NCBI RefSeq assembly: GCF_000734015.1 | Contig: NZ_CP008796.1 | Span: 30,001-62,000, forward strand | Source: Thermodesulfobacterium commune DSM 2178 | GTDB lineage: Bacteria; Desulfobacterota; Thermodesulfobacteria; Thermodesulfobacteriales; Thermodesulfobacteriaceae | Reading direction: 5' to 3' | DNA length: 32,000 nt | Shown: positions 1 to 7,999 of the stretch, one piece after another | Layout: each line of letters begins with the position of its first letter | How positions within the stretch are numbered: the first letter of the stretch is position 1 | Translations under genes and position numbers: made by a program | The notes under the pieces: model-generated | The model's input: the letters and a program-made list of their open reading frames with translations, nothing else | What the model was told of the DNA's origin: nothing | The model's database searches: none

Positions 1-1
1 C

Positions 2-895
2 ACCCGTATTTTTGACGAAAAGGGATATAAAAGGGTGAGTCCTTTTTTTATCCCGATGATCATACCTAACATGGCAGCAGGTCAGGTGGCCATCAACTTT
101 GGGGCCAAAGGGCCTAACCTTGCGGTGTGTACCGCCTGTGCAGCAGGCAACCATGCGATAGGAGAGGCCTATCGTTTGATAAGAGAAGGGCAGGCAACCA
201 TCATGATCTGTGGGGGGACAGAGAGCATGATCACCCCCTTGACCATAGCAGGTTTTTCGGTGATGAAGGCCCTTTCTACCAGAAATGATGAGCCTGAAAG
301 GGCTTCCCGGCCTTTTGATGCTAGTAGAGATGGGTTTGTAATTGCAGAAGGATGTGGGATTTTAGTCCTTGAGGAGCTTGAGCATGCCTTAAAAAGAGGG
401 GCCAAGATATATGCAGAGCTGATAGGCTATGGGTTAAACGCAGATGCCTATCATATGACCGCACCTTCTCCTGACGGCGAAGGGGCGGCAAGGTGTATGG
501 AGCTTGCGTTAAAGGACGCAGGGATTTTGCCTCAACAGGTAGACTACATAAACGCCCATGGCACAAGCACACCCCTTAACGATGTGGCAGAGACCAAGGC
601 CATCAAAAAGGTTTTTGGTGAGCATGCCTATAAACTTATGGTTTCTTCCACCAAGTCTATGACAGGACATCTTCTTGGGGGTGCTGGAGGGCTTGAGGCG
701 GTTTTAACGGTTATGGCTGTTTATGAGGGGGTGGTACCTCCTACGATCAACCTTGAAAACCCAGACCCTGAGTGTGACCTCGACTATGTGCCTAACCAGG
801 CAAGAAAGGCAGACATCAGGATAGCCATGTCAAATGCCTTTGGTTTTGGAGGCACCAACGCCACGCTGGTTTTTAAAAAATGGGAGGGAAAATAA
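2..895 (+). CDS. fabF: 3-oxoacyl-[acyl-carrier-protein] synthase II (KAS II), 5' end cut by window edge
   Basis: Frame is open from nt 2 ([19 protein letters not shown]...), so the listed Met at 35 is internal. C-terminal KAS II hallmarks [39 protein letters not shown]. Stop at 893-895. Confidence 0.93.
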   Translation, partial: TRIFDEKGYKRVSPFFIPMIIPNMAAGQVAINFGAKGPNLAVCTACAAGNHAIGEAYRLIREGQATIMICGGTESMITPLTIAGFSVMKALSTRNDEPERASRPFDASRDGFVIAEGCGILVLEELEHALKRGAKIYAELIGYGLNADAYHMTAPSPDGEGAARCMELALKDAGILPQQVDYINAHGTSTPLNDVAETKAIKKVFGEHAYKLMVSSTKSMTGHLLGGAGGLEAVLTVMAVYEGVVPPTINLENPDPECDLDYVPNQARKADIRIAMSNAFGFGGTNATLVFKKWEGK

Positions 896-899
896 ACCG

Positions 900-1343
900 A
901 TGAAGATTGCCATTGCCTCAGACCATGCAGGGTATTTTTTAAAAGAAAAGATAAAAGATTTTTTAGCCAAAGAAGGGCATGAGGTGGTAGATGTAGGGTG
1001 TTATTCTCATGTGGCGGTGGATTATCCTGAGTATGGGGTCAAGGGAGTAGAAAAGGTGCTACAGGGTGAGGTGGAAAGGGCTATCCTTATCTGTGGGACA
1101 GGGATAGGGATGAGTATTGTGGCCAATCGGTTTTTTGGGATAAGGGCTGCCCTTTGTCATGAGCCCTTTTCTGCCAAGATGGCAAGGCTTCACAACGATG
1201 CCAACGTGCTTGTCCTTGGCGGAAGGATGATTGGGGACGGGATGGCGGTGGAGATCGTTAAAACCTTTTTAGAAACACCCTTTGAAGGAGGAAGACACGA
1301 GCGCAGGCTCGAACTTATAGAAAAACTTAAGAATCTTAGATGA
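900..1343 (+). CDS. rpiB: ribose-5-phosphate isomerase B (RpiB/LacAB family)
   Basis: MKIAIASDHAGY, ICGTGIGMSIVANR and HNDANVLVLGGR are RpiB signatures. Started at the ATG at 900 (4 nt after the fabF stop) rather than the track's 834, whose extra 22 aa overlap fabF and have no family counterpart. Confidence 0.9.
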   Translation: MKIAIASDHAGYFLKEKIKDFLAKEGHEVVDVGCYSHVAVDYPEYGVKGVEKVLQGEVERAILICGTGIGMSIVANRFFGIRAALCHEPFSAKMARLHNDANVLVLGGRMIGDGMAVEIVKTFLETPFEGGRHERRLELIEKLKNLR

Positions 1344-1717
1344 ACCTACTTGGTATAGGGGTAGACTTAGTATACTTACCAAGGATAGAGAAAATTTATT
1401 CTGCCTATCCAAAACGTTTTTTAGAAAAGGTTTTTCATCCTAAGGAGGTATCTTTAGCGTTAAAACGCAAAGATACCCCTGTCTATTTAGCTTCATGCTT
1501 TGCGGCTAAGGAGGCCTTTTACAAGGCCTTAGGTGGGTATCAACCCTTTGTCTGGCAAGAGATAAGCCTTCTTAGAGACCCTCAAACAAAAAAGCCGTTC
1601 ATAGAGATAGAAGGCAGGGCTTTAGAGGTTTTTAGAGAAAGAGGTGGAAGGGATTGTCTGGTTAGCCTTTCTCATGAAAAGGATTATGTGGTATGTATGG
1701 TAGTAATAACTGGATAG
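1340..1717 (+). CDS. acpS: holo-[acyl-carrier-protein] synthase (4'-phosphopantetheinyl transferase)
   Basis: GIGVDLV N-terminus plus FAAKEAFYKALG and SLSHEKDY motifs typical of AcpS. 125 aa. ATGA start/stop overlap with rpiB (1340-1343). Confidence 0.88.
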   Translation: MNLLGIGVDLVYLPRIEKIYSAYPKRFLEKVFHPKEVSLALKRKDTPVYLASCFAAKEAFYKALGGYQPFVWQEISLLRDPQTKKPFIEIEGRALEVFRERGGRDCLVSLSHEKDYVVCMVVITG

Positions 1718-1732
1718 GAGAGGGGTAGGGTT

Positions 1733-3301
1733 ATGCAGGTGGTAAAGGCCTCTGAGATGAAGGCTCTCGACGAATGGTTTATAAAAGAGGTAGGGGTTCC
1801 GGCTGAGGTGTTGATGGAAAGGGCGGGGCTTTCTGTGGCTGAGGCTATTTTTGAGGCCTATCCGGTAGAAACCTACGGCAGTGTGCTTGTGGTGTGCGGG
1901 CCAGGAAATAACGGTGGAGACGGGATGGTATGTGCCAGGCACCTGGTAAACCTTGGCTATGAGGTCGAGGTGGTACTTCTTGCAGAAAAAGAAACCTATC
2001 AGGGAGAGGCCTTGACCAACCTTAAGGTCCTTGAAAACTTAGGTTTTATGCCAGAAGAGGTGGGGTATATCGTTGAGTTTAGAAAGGTACTTTATGATTT
2101 TTCTCCTGAGATAATGGTGGATGCCATCTTTGGGACAGGGCTTAAAAGGCCTATCGAGGGAAATCTGGCTGCCATCGTTGAGGAAATAAACCTTTATCGA
2201 GAAACCAGGGGATGCAAGGTGGTTGCGGTAGACATGCCTTCTGGGGTGTGTGCTGATACAGGTGAGGTGCTTGGAACAGCTGTAAAGGCAGACCTTACCG
2301 TTACGTTTGAGCTACCCAAGGTAGGACAGTTTTTTTATCCGGGAAAAGAGTATGTGGGAAGGCTTAAGGTTTGTCCTATTGGGTTTTTCAAACCTTTGGT
2401 GGAAAAGAAGGCGCCTAAGAGGTATTTGATAGATTTGGAGTGGGCCAAAAAGGTATTCAGGCCGCGTAAAGGTTATACCCATAAAGGGCTTTTTGGACAT
2501 CTTCTTGTGTTAGCAGGAAGCAAGGGTAAGAGTGGGGCTGGGTTGCTTTCGGCATTGGGTGGTTTAAGGGCAGGGGCTGGGCTTGTGACCTTGGCCTCAA
2601 CCAGGAGTCTTCAGCCGGTATATGCATCTATGCTACCTGAAGCTCTGACTGCAGGGCTTGAAGAAGGCCCGAGAGGAGAGGTTAGTTATGCCAATCTTGA
2701 GTCCTTGCTTGACCTTTGCGAAAAGAAAACCGCCTTGGTGGTAGGCCCTGGACTTGGTTTAGGGGAAGAGGTAAAAAGGCTTTTCTGGGAGTTGTTAGAA
2801 AGGGTCAAGGTTCCGGTGTTGATCGATGCAGACGGGTTAACCATAGCCTCTGAAAACCCTGAAAGACTTAAAGAGCTTCCCTGTCCAAAGGTCCTTACCC
2901 CTCATCCAGGAGAGGCTGAGAGGTTGCTTAAAATTTCTAAGAAGGAGATTTTAAGAGACCCTTTAACCTCAGCTAAAAGGCTTTCTGAGATGACAGGTGC
3001 GGTGGTGGTGCTAAAGGGACCACATACGGTGATTTCTTCCCCTGACGGAAGAGAGGGGATTTCTGTCTGGGATGTGCCTGGGCTTTCTCAGGGAGGCACA
3101 GGGGATGTGCTTTCTGGGGTGATAGGAGCCTTGATGTCTCAAAGGTATGAGGTGTTTGAAGCAGCTTGCTTGGGGGTGTTTTTACACGGATGGGCAGGAG
3201 AAAAGCTTGCCTCTGAAAAAGGACCTTTCGGGTATCTGGCTTCAGAGGTGGCTAACAAAATCCCAGAAGTTTTAAAGGAGATATGTGATGATAGACCTTA
3301 G
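1733..3301 (+). CDS. nnr: bifunctional NAD(P)H-hydrate repair enzyme (epimerase + ADP-dependent dehydratase, YjeF family)
   Basis: N-terminal YjeF_N part (VVCGPGNNGGDG) fused to a C-terminal carbohydrate-kinase-like part (GPGLG, LKGPHTV, GGTGDVLSG). 522 aa, normal for the fusion. Confidence 0.9.
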   Translation: MQVVKASEMKALDEWFIKEVGVPAEVLMERAGLSVAEAIFEAYPVETYGSVLVVCGPGNNGGDGMVCARHLVNLGYEVEVVLLAEKETYQGEALTNLKVLENLGFMPEEVGYIVEFRKVLYDFSPEIMVDAIFGTGLKRPIEGNLAAIVEEINLYRETRGCKVVAVDMPSGVCADTGEVLGTAVKADLTVTFELPKVGQFFYPGKEYVGRLKVCPIGFFKPLVEKKAPKRYLIDLEWAKKVFRPRKGYTHKGLFGHLLVLAGSKGKSGAGLLSALGGLRAGAGLVTLASTRSLQPVYASMLPEALTAGLEEGPRGEVSYANLESLLDLCEKKTALVVGPGLGLGEEVKRLFWELLERVKVPVLIDADGLTIASENPERLKELPCPKVLTPHPGEAERLLKISKKEILRDPLTSAKRLSEMTGAVVVLKGPHTVISSPDGREGISVWDVPGLSQGGTGDVLSGVIGALMSQRYEVFEAACLGVFLHGWAGEKLASEKGPFGYLASEVANKIPEVLKEICDDRP

Positions 3302-3668
3302 AAGGTTTCCAAGATGCCCTACCAGGATTAAGGCTTATTTGCCGGGGTCTGAAGAGGCATACGAGGTGCTTAATGTTTCTTACAAGGGATGTTTTATCCG
3401 AACCGATAAGCTTATTCCTTTACGGAAGATGGTTCTTTTTGAGATAGAAATTCCTGAGGTAGGAGTGATCCCTGTTTATGGGCTGGTGGTACATCATGGC
3501 ACAGAAGAACAGCCAGGGTTAGGGATAGAGATCCTGGACATCGAACGAGAGCTTTTACCTGTGTGGAACTATTATCTAAAAGCCCTTTTAAACATAGAGG
3601 AGGCCAAAAAGGCTTATCAAAGATATTTGAAAACCTCTCAAAAGGTTGAAAATCCTCAGTCTGGTTAG
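3288..3668 (+). CDS. stand-alone PilZ domain protein (putative c-di-GMP receptor)
   Basis: Both halves of the PilZ c-di-GMP motif are visible: RRFPR (RxxxR) then NVSYKG ((D/N)xSxxG) 24 residues later. AAGGAG SD sits 7 nt before the ATG at 3288 (the track's 3285 is a GTG one codon earlier). Overlaps the nnr 3' end by 14 nt. Confidence 0.7.
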   Translation: MIDLRRFPRCPTRIKAYLPGSEEAYEVLNVSYKGCFIRTDKLIPLRKMVLFEIEIPEVGVIPVYGLVVHHGTEEQPGLGIEILDIERELLPVWNYYLKALLNIEEAKKAYQRYLKTSQKVENPQSG

Positions 3669-3671
3669 GGT

Positions 3672-4475
3672 TTGATGTTTAGTCTAATTGAGGTCCTGTT
3701 GATAGCGGTCTTGAGTTTAGCGTTAGGTAGTTTTTTTAACGTGGTTATCTACCGATGGTCAGAGGGTTTGTCTGTACTAAGGCCTGTCAGGTCTTTTTGT
3801 CCAAGGTGTAAAACTGAGCTTAAGTGGTATCACAACATTCCTGTTTTGTCTTATGTTATGCTTAAAGGAAGATGTGCTTTTTGTCAAAATCCAATCCCTC
3901 TCACCTATCCTCTGGTAGAGGTCCTAACCGCGGTGGTTGGAGTAGCTGCTTATTTAAAGTTTAAACCCTGGTATGGCTGGGCTACCTTTTTGGTTTTCTG
4001 GGTTTGGTTGATAATCCTTCTGGTGATAAGTTTTATCGACCTTAGGGTTAAGGAAATACCAGATAAGCTCAGTTTTGGTTTGATGTTGGCAGGACTTACG
4101 GCAAGTTTGTTAGGGTTAAACCCTCTGGTTGGTTTTGAAGAAAGTGTGGTTGGGATGTTAGCAGGGGCAGGCCTTCTTTTTCTGATTAACGAGGTCTACT
4201 ATCTTTTTGCTAAAAGAGATGGGCTTGGGATGGGAGATTTTAAGCTGATGGCTGGGATAGGTGCTTTTTTGGGGTATAAAAGTTTTTACTGGGTGGTGTT
4301 GATAGCCTCTTTTTCAGGGATTTTTGCCTTTTTTTTGGCAGTTCTGTGGTATCGATTAAAAGGGAAATCTAAAGACTTAAGCTTAAAAACAGAAATTCCT
4401 TTTGGGCCTTTTTTAGCCCTTGGGGCTGGTGTTTACACCTTTTTTGCAGAATTTTTTAAGACTTTTCTATCTTAA
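3672..4475 (+). CDS. pilD: prepilin peptidase / N-methyltransferase (peptidase A24 family)
   Basis: N-terminal Cys pairs CPRC...CAFC, polytopic membrane body, Asp motifs IDLRVKEIPD and GMGDFKLMAGIGAFLG typical of type IV prepilin peptidases. Start is TTG 3672 or ATG 3675. Confidence 0.87.
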   Translation: MMFSLIEVLLIAVLSLALGSFFNVVIYRWSEGLSVLRPVRSFCPRCKTELKWYHNIPVLSYVMLKGRCAFCQNPIPLTYPLVEVLTAVVGVAAYLKFKPWYGWATFLVFWVWLIILLVISFIDLRVKEIPDKLSFGLMLAGLTASLLGLNPLVGFEESVVGMLAGAGLLFLINEVYYLFAKRDGLGMGDFKLMAGIGAFLGYKSFYWVVLIASFSGIFAFFLAVLWYRLKGKSKDLSLKTEIPFGPFLALGAGVYTFFAEFFKTFLS

Positions 4476-6574
4476 TTTGCCTTAACAAGGTTTTCTTGAG
4501 AAGGAATTTTGATCACGATCGAGGTTCCTTTATCTTTCTTTCTGTAAAAATTTATGGTTCCTTTATGAAGGTCTATGATGGAGTATACCATGATAAGGCC
4601 TGTCCCTAAGTCTTTCAGGCTTAAAAGGTCTCCTTGGTTTATCTTTTCCACGACCTCTTGAGGCACTCCTTCTCCTGTGTCCTCTATTTTTAAGATTACC
4701 CAGCCTTCTTCTCTGGCAAGGGAGATTGAGAGTTCTCCTTTTTCTTGCATAGCCTTGATGGAGTTGTCAAACAGGTTTACCCACACCCTTTTTAACTGAA
4801 ACTTGTCAAACCAGCATTCTCCTTCGTCCTCTACCTTAAGCCTAAACTTTACCTCAGGATAGGCTATCTCATACAGAGAGATTACCTCTAACAGGCTTTC
4901 TAAAAGGGTGCCTTTTTCCAGGTTTAGCTCAGGTTTTTTGGTAAAGTAATGAAAGTCGGTGGCAAGTTTGCGAAGTTCTTCGATGTATTTTTCGATGATG
5001 TTGGTGGTTCTAAGTAAGACCTCTTTTTTCTCTCCTTCTAATGTTTTTTCAAGCTGTCTTTTAAGTCTTTCTACAGAGAGTTTGATAGGGGTTAAAGGAT
5101 TTTTTATCTCATGGGATACCCTTAAGGCTACCTCCTTCCAGAAAGAAAGCCTTTTTAGGCGTTCCTTTTCCTCTAAGTTTTCTACGATCAAGAGATATTC
5201 GTGGGTTTTTAAAAATTCAAGCTTAAGAAGGGTAATCCCTAAGCTAAACTCCTTCTGTTCTGTAGACCAGGAAAGGGTGGTGTAAAAGGGGTTGGTTAGG
5301 TCTATCTGGGATAAAAGGGCAGGAAGGTTAAGTTTGTCTATCAGGTCTTGTGGGGATTTAACTTCATAGTGTTTTAAAAGATGGTTAAGGCTCTGGTTAG
5401 AGAACTTGACGGTTAGGTCAGGGGTAAGGACCAGGATCCCTACAGGCAGATGATCAAGCACAGAAAGAAGGTAGCGGTTGTAGTTTTGGACCTCCTCTTC
5501 GTATTCTTTGATCTTTTTTGTCATCTCGTTAAAAGCCTCTACCAGCCTTCCTACCTCGTCGTCCAAAGGGGTGAGGCCTTTTAGTTCTTCCAGGTTGAAG
5601 TCTTTTTTAGAGATCTTTTGGGCTGCGATCACCAGGTTTTGTAAAGGTTCAGTAAGGTTTCTACCAAGTTTACTTCCTACCCATACCCCTACAAAAACCA
5701 CCAAAAGTAAAACCAGAGCTCCTGCAGTCATCAAAAACTGTTTAAAGGTTCTAAAGTATCTTTTTTCTACCAGTTCTTTTTCTCCTGAAAACTCTTCTAA
5801 CCTTAGGAATTTACCGATGGCTAAGATAAGGGGTTGGCCTTTTGAGTCGTAAAAGGGGATAAACACCCTTAGATAGGGACTTGAGTTAACCAGAGAGATT
5901 TCAGAAAGAGGGATTTTAGAGGCTTTTAGTCTTTCAAGAAAAGAAGGGGCAATCCCGATCTTTTGAGAAATCTCAGAGGAATAGGTTCTCTTTTTTAGGT
6001 TGCCTTGCCAGTCAAAAACTTCTATAGAGTCTACCCTCATAAAATAACGATACCTTTCTCTCAGGACAGAGCTTTTGATTTCTTCGGTTTGGGAAAGATA
6101 ATCTGTTATGATCTGTTGTCCTTTGCTAAGAAGGTCTCTTTCGATGTCTTTTATGTAATCCTCAGGTTTTAGAAGAACGGTTAACACCCTTTCTTCGAAA
6201 AATTCTTTAAGCCAGTAGTCTAAGGTTTTTTTAAAGAAAAAGAAACTTCCAAGCACAAGCACAACCGAAGGAAAAACGATAGAGATAAAGTAGATAAAAA
6301 AGAGCTTTACTTTAAGGCTTTTAGATACTTTTTTTATCTGGATTTCATAGAAAATCTTGATGACATACCTGAAGATAAAGTAAAGAAGAAGTAAAATAAG
6401 GATAAGGTTTATCTGAAACAGGAAAAACAGAAAAAGGTTTTTTTGAGAGGTAGAAAAAAGAGAAAGGTCGAAGAGGTTAAACTCAACCCATAGAGAAATG
6501 GTGAGGACTATCAAAAGTCCTAAGAAAATTTTGTGCCTTTTGCAAAAAGTCTTAATCCTTGCGATAGATAACAT
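4472..6574 (-). CDS. membrane sensor histidine kinase, NtrY-like (TM region-HAMP-PAS-HisKA-HATPase)
   Basis: Several N-terminal hydrophobic segments. HAMP-like LTEPLQNLVIAAQKIS...EVGRLVEAFNEM. PAS-like LLSVLDHLPVGILVL. H-box RVSHEIKNPLTPIKLSVERLKRQ, the NtrY-type wording. N box NLFDNSIKAM, G boxes EDTGEGVP and GTGLIMV. No response regulator gene on either side. Confidence 0.85.
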   Translation of the reverse strand: MLSIARIKTFCKRHKIFLGLLIVLTISLWVEFNLFDLSLFSTSQKNLFLFFLFQINLILILLLLYFIFRYVIKIFYEIQIKKVSKSLKVKLFFIYFISIVFPSVVLVLGSFFFFKKTLDYWLKEFFEERVLTVLLKPEDYIKDIERDLLSKGQQIITDYLSQTEEIKSSVLRERYRYFMRVDSIEVFDWQGNLKKRTYSSEISQKIGIAPSFLERLKASKIPLSEISLVNSSPYLRVFIPFYDSKGQPLILAIGKFLRLEEFSGEKELVEKRYFRTFKQFLMTAGALVLLLVVFVGVWVGSKLGRNLTEPLQNLVIAAQKISKKDFNLEELKGLTPLDDEVGRLVEAFNEMTKKIKEYEEEVQNYNRYLLSVLDHLPVGILVLTPDLTVKFSNQSLNHLLKHYEVKSPQDLIDKLNLPALLSQIDLTNPFYTTLSWSTEQKEFSLGITLLKLEFLKTHEYLLIVENLEEKERLKRLSFWKEVALRVSHEIKNPLTPIKLSVERLKRQLEKTLEGEKKEVLLRTTNIIEKYIEELRKLATDFHYFTKKPELNLEKGTLLESLLEVISLYEIAYPEVKFRLKVEDEGECWFDKFQLKRVWVNLFDNSIKAMQEKGELSISLAREEGWVILKIEDTGEGVPQEVVEKINQGDLLSLKDLGTGLIMVYSIIDLHKGTINFYRKKDKGTSIVIKIPSQENLVKAN

Positions 6575-7100
6575 CGAAAGGAAGGGTGTTTTCTGCCCTT
6601 AAACGGATTTTATGCTGGTTTTTGGTAAACCTTAAGTCTTTAGAAAGATGGGTTTGGTAGGTAATTTCTACGTTGGTCTTAAGATAAAGACTTGAGAGGT
6701 CGTTTGTAACCTGAAACCTTAAGGGATAGGAGTCTAAAAACTGGATTTTTAACACCAGGTCTTCTGGATTTTCAAAACTTTTTATACCAAAGTTGTCTTC
6801 TAAAAAATAAAGGTTTTCTTCTGGGCTGTAGTATAGCTTTTGAATGTATAATTCTTTATGGATGAGAACGTCAGGTAAAAGAAAACGTTTTTTAAACACC
6901 TCAAAGGAAAACCTGAGGTAAATCGGATTTTTTTGTTCCTTTAGAGACAAAAGTATCTCCTGTGTAGGAAAATCCTGGTAGAAAAGACTCAGGATAAGCT
7001 GATCTTGAAAACGGTAAACCTTGATCTTAGCCATCTTAAACCCAAACGCAGGGCTGATAAAACAGAAAAAGAGGATGAGGGTTAAGAGGATTTTTTTCAT
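6552..7100 (-). CDS. exported protein, DUF4390-like (family often found next to ntrY)
   Basis: Signal peptide MKKILLTLILFFCFISPAFG. About 180 aa with a beta-rich pattern resembling DUF4390 as I remember it (family call from memory, not searched). ATGA overlap with the upstream gene (7097-7100) and 23-nt overlap with the kinase gene indicate an operon. Confidence 0.55.
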   Translation of the reverse strand: MKKILLTLILFFCFISPAFGFKMAKIKVYRFQDQLILSLFYQDFPTQEILLSLKEQKNPIYLRFSFEVFKKRFLLPDVLIHKELYIQKLYYSPEENLYFLEDNFGIKSFENPEDLVLKIQFLDSYPLRFQVTNDLSSLYLKTNVEITYQTHLSKDLRFTKNQHKIRLRAENTLPFDVIYRKD

Positions 7101-7591
7101 AGGGTTAAGTCATACCTTGCGTGTTTTCTTACGATTTCCTTTTGGGTAAAAAGGACTTCATATTCCTTAAGCCCAAACTCTTCGGAAATCCCTTTTATAA
7201 GGGATAAAACCTCTTCTCTGGATTTGCCGTGGACCATCGTGTAAAGGTTATAAGGCCAGTCAGGATAGGTTTTTCTAAGGTAGCAATGGGAGATATAGGG
7301 TCTTTGAGCTAAGGCTTGGCCTACCTCTTCTGCCCTTTCTTCTTCTACCTTCCAGGCAACCATGGCGTTGCCTTCTATACCTGCAAGGTTGTGCCTTAAA
7401 GTGATCCCAAGTCTGGTGATTACCTTTTTTTGGAAAAGACTTTTTATAGCCTCAAAAACCTCTTCCTGAGAAAGGTTGTGCTTTTTAGCTATCTCCAAAA
7501 AGGGTTTTTCACAAATCGGAAGCCCAGCAATCAACTCTTTTAAAACCAGTAACTCTGTCTGAGAAAGCTCAAGCTTCTTCAAAGGTACCAC
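7097..7591 (-). CDS. AhbA/AhbB/NirDLGH-family protein (siroheme decarboxylase-like, Lrp/AsnC fold with N-terminal HTH)
   Basis: N-terminal wHTH-like segment (LLVLKELIAGLPICEKPFLEIAKKHNLSQEEVFEAIKSL...ITRLG). C-terminal block ISHCYLRKTYPDWPYNLYTMVHG closely matches the (V/I)SHxYxR...WPYNL(F/Y)TM(I/V)H signature of NirD/AhbA-type proteins. GTG start at 7591. Confidence 0.6.
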   Translation of the reverse strand: MVPLKKLELSQTELLVLKELIAGLPICEKPFLEIAKKHNLSQEEVFEAIKSLFQKKVITRLGITLRHNLAGIEGNAMVAWKVEEERAEEVGQALAQRPYISHCYLRKTYPDWPYNLYTMVHGKSREEVLSLIKGISEEFGLKEYEVLFTQKEIVRKHARYDLTL

Positions 7592-7999
7592 CTTTTTGTA
7601 TCTTAAGATAGCATTTAACTATGATTTTTCAACCAACAAAGACAAGGGTAAAATTTATGGTGTTTGTTTAGTTGAGTTTATCGCGTCTACCTCGTTAGGG
7701 TAAAAATTTCTATACTGCTCGGGTAGTGAAAACATAAGGTATCTAATTTGTAATACTTCTACTTCCTTTTCTGTTTTAAATTAGATGGGTTAATTAGAAT
7801 ATTGTAGGGAATCAATCTTTCAGCAAGTTTTTTTAGGTATATAACTTTAAGGTTTTGTTTTTCTAACACCACTGCCTATTGACAAAAACTGTTTCTGTAT
7901 TAACCTCCTTTTAGTAATACTTTTTAACAATTTTTGTGTTTTGGTGTTAGGTAGTTTTTACGGTTTGGTCGAGAAATAAGATTAGGTGGAGGAGGCAGG

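Noticed and set aside
834-899. N-terminal 22-aa extension of rpiB in the ORF track
   Set aside because: It overlaps the fabF C-terminus in another frame. RpiB family proteins begin at MKIAI..., which corresponds to the ATG at 900.
4959-5852. Two Ser-rich plus-strand ORFs (108 and 114 aa) inside the kinase gene
   Set aside because: They are antisense shadows of a Lys/Glu/Leu-rich gene (AAR/GAR codons read backwards give Ser/Phe/Leu) and have no start signals. The same reasoning applies to the other short antisense or out-of-frame track ORFs: 169-405, 321-572, 1622-1942, 2312-2500, 8734-8928, 9093-9287, 10495-10737, 10941-11255, 11370-11597, 12229-12831, 15271-15753, 16074-16334, 16767-17044, 18965-19171, 20322-20510, 20898-21137, 22326-22523, 23029-23301, 27264-27545 and 29995-30204.
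7760-7830. Fur box upstream of exbB-exbD-tonB
   Set aside because: The best candidates (taatttgtaatactt, ttaattagaatattg) match the GATAATGATAATCATTATC consensus poorly. AT-richness alone produces such partial matches.
7800-7900. Possible cobalamin riboswitch upstream of exbB (AGGGAA at ~7806 and CCACTGCC at ~7869 resembling the GCCACTG core)
   Set aside because: The other conserved blocks (GGTG..AATCC, the B12 box with AGYCMGG..GACC) are absent. The region is too AT-rich to form the required helices, especially for a thermophile.
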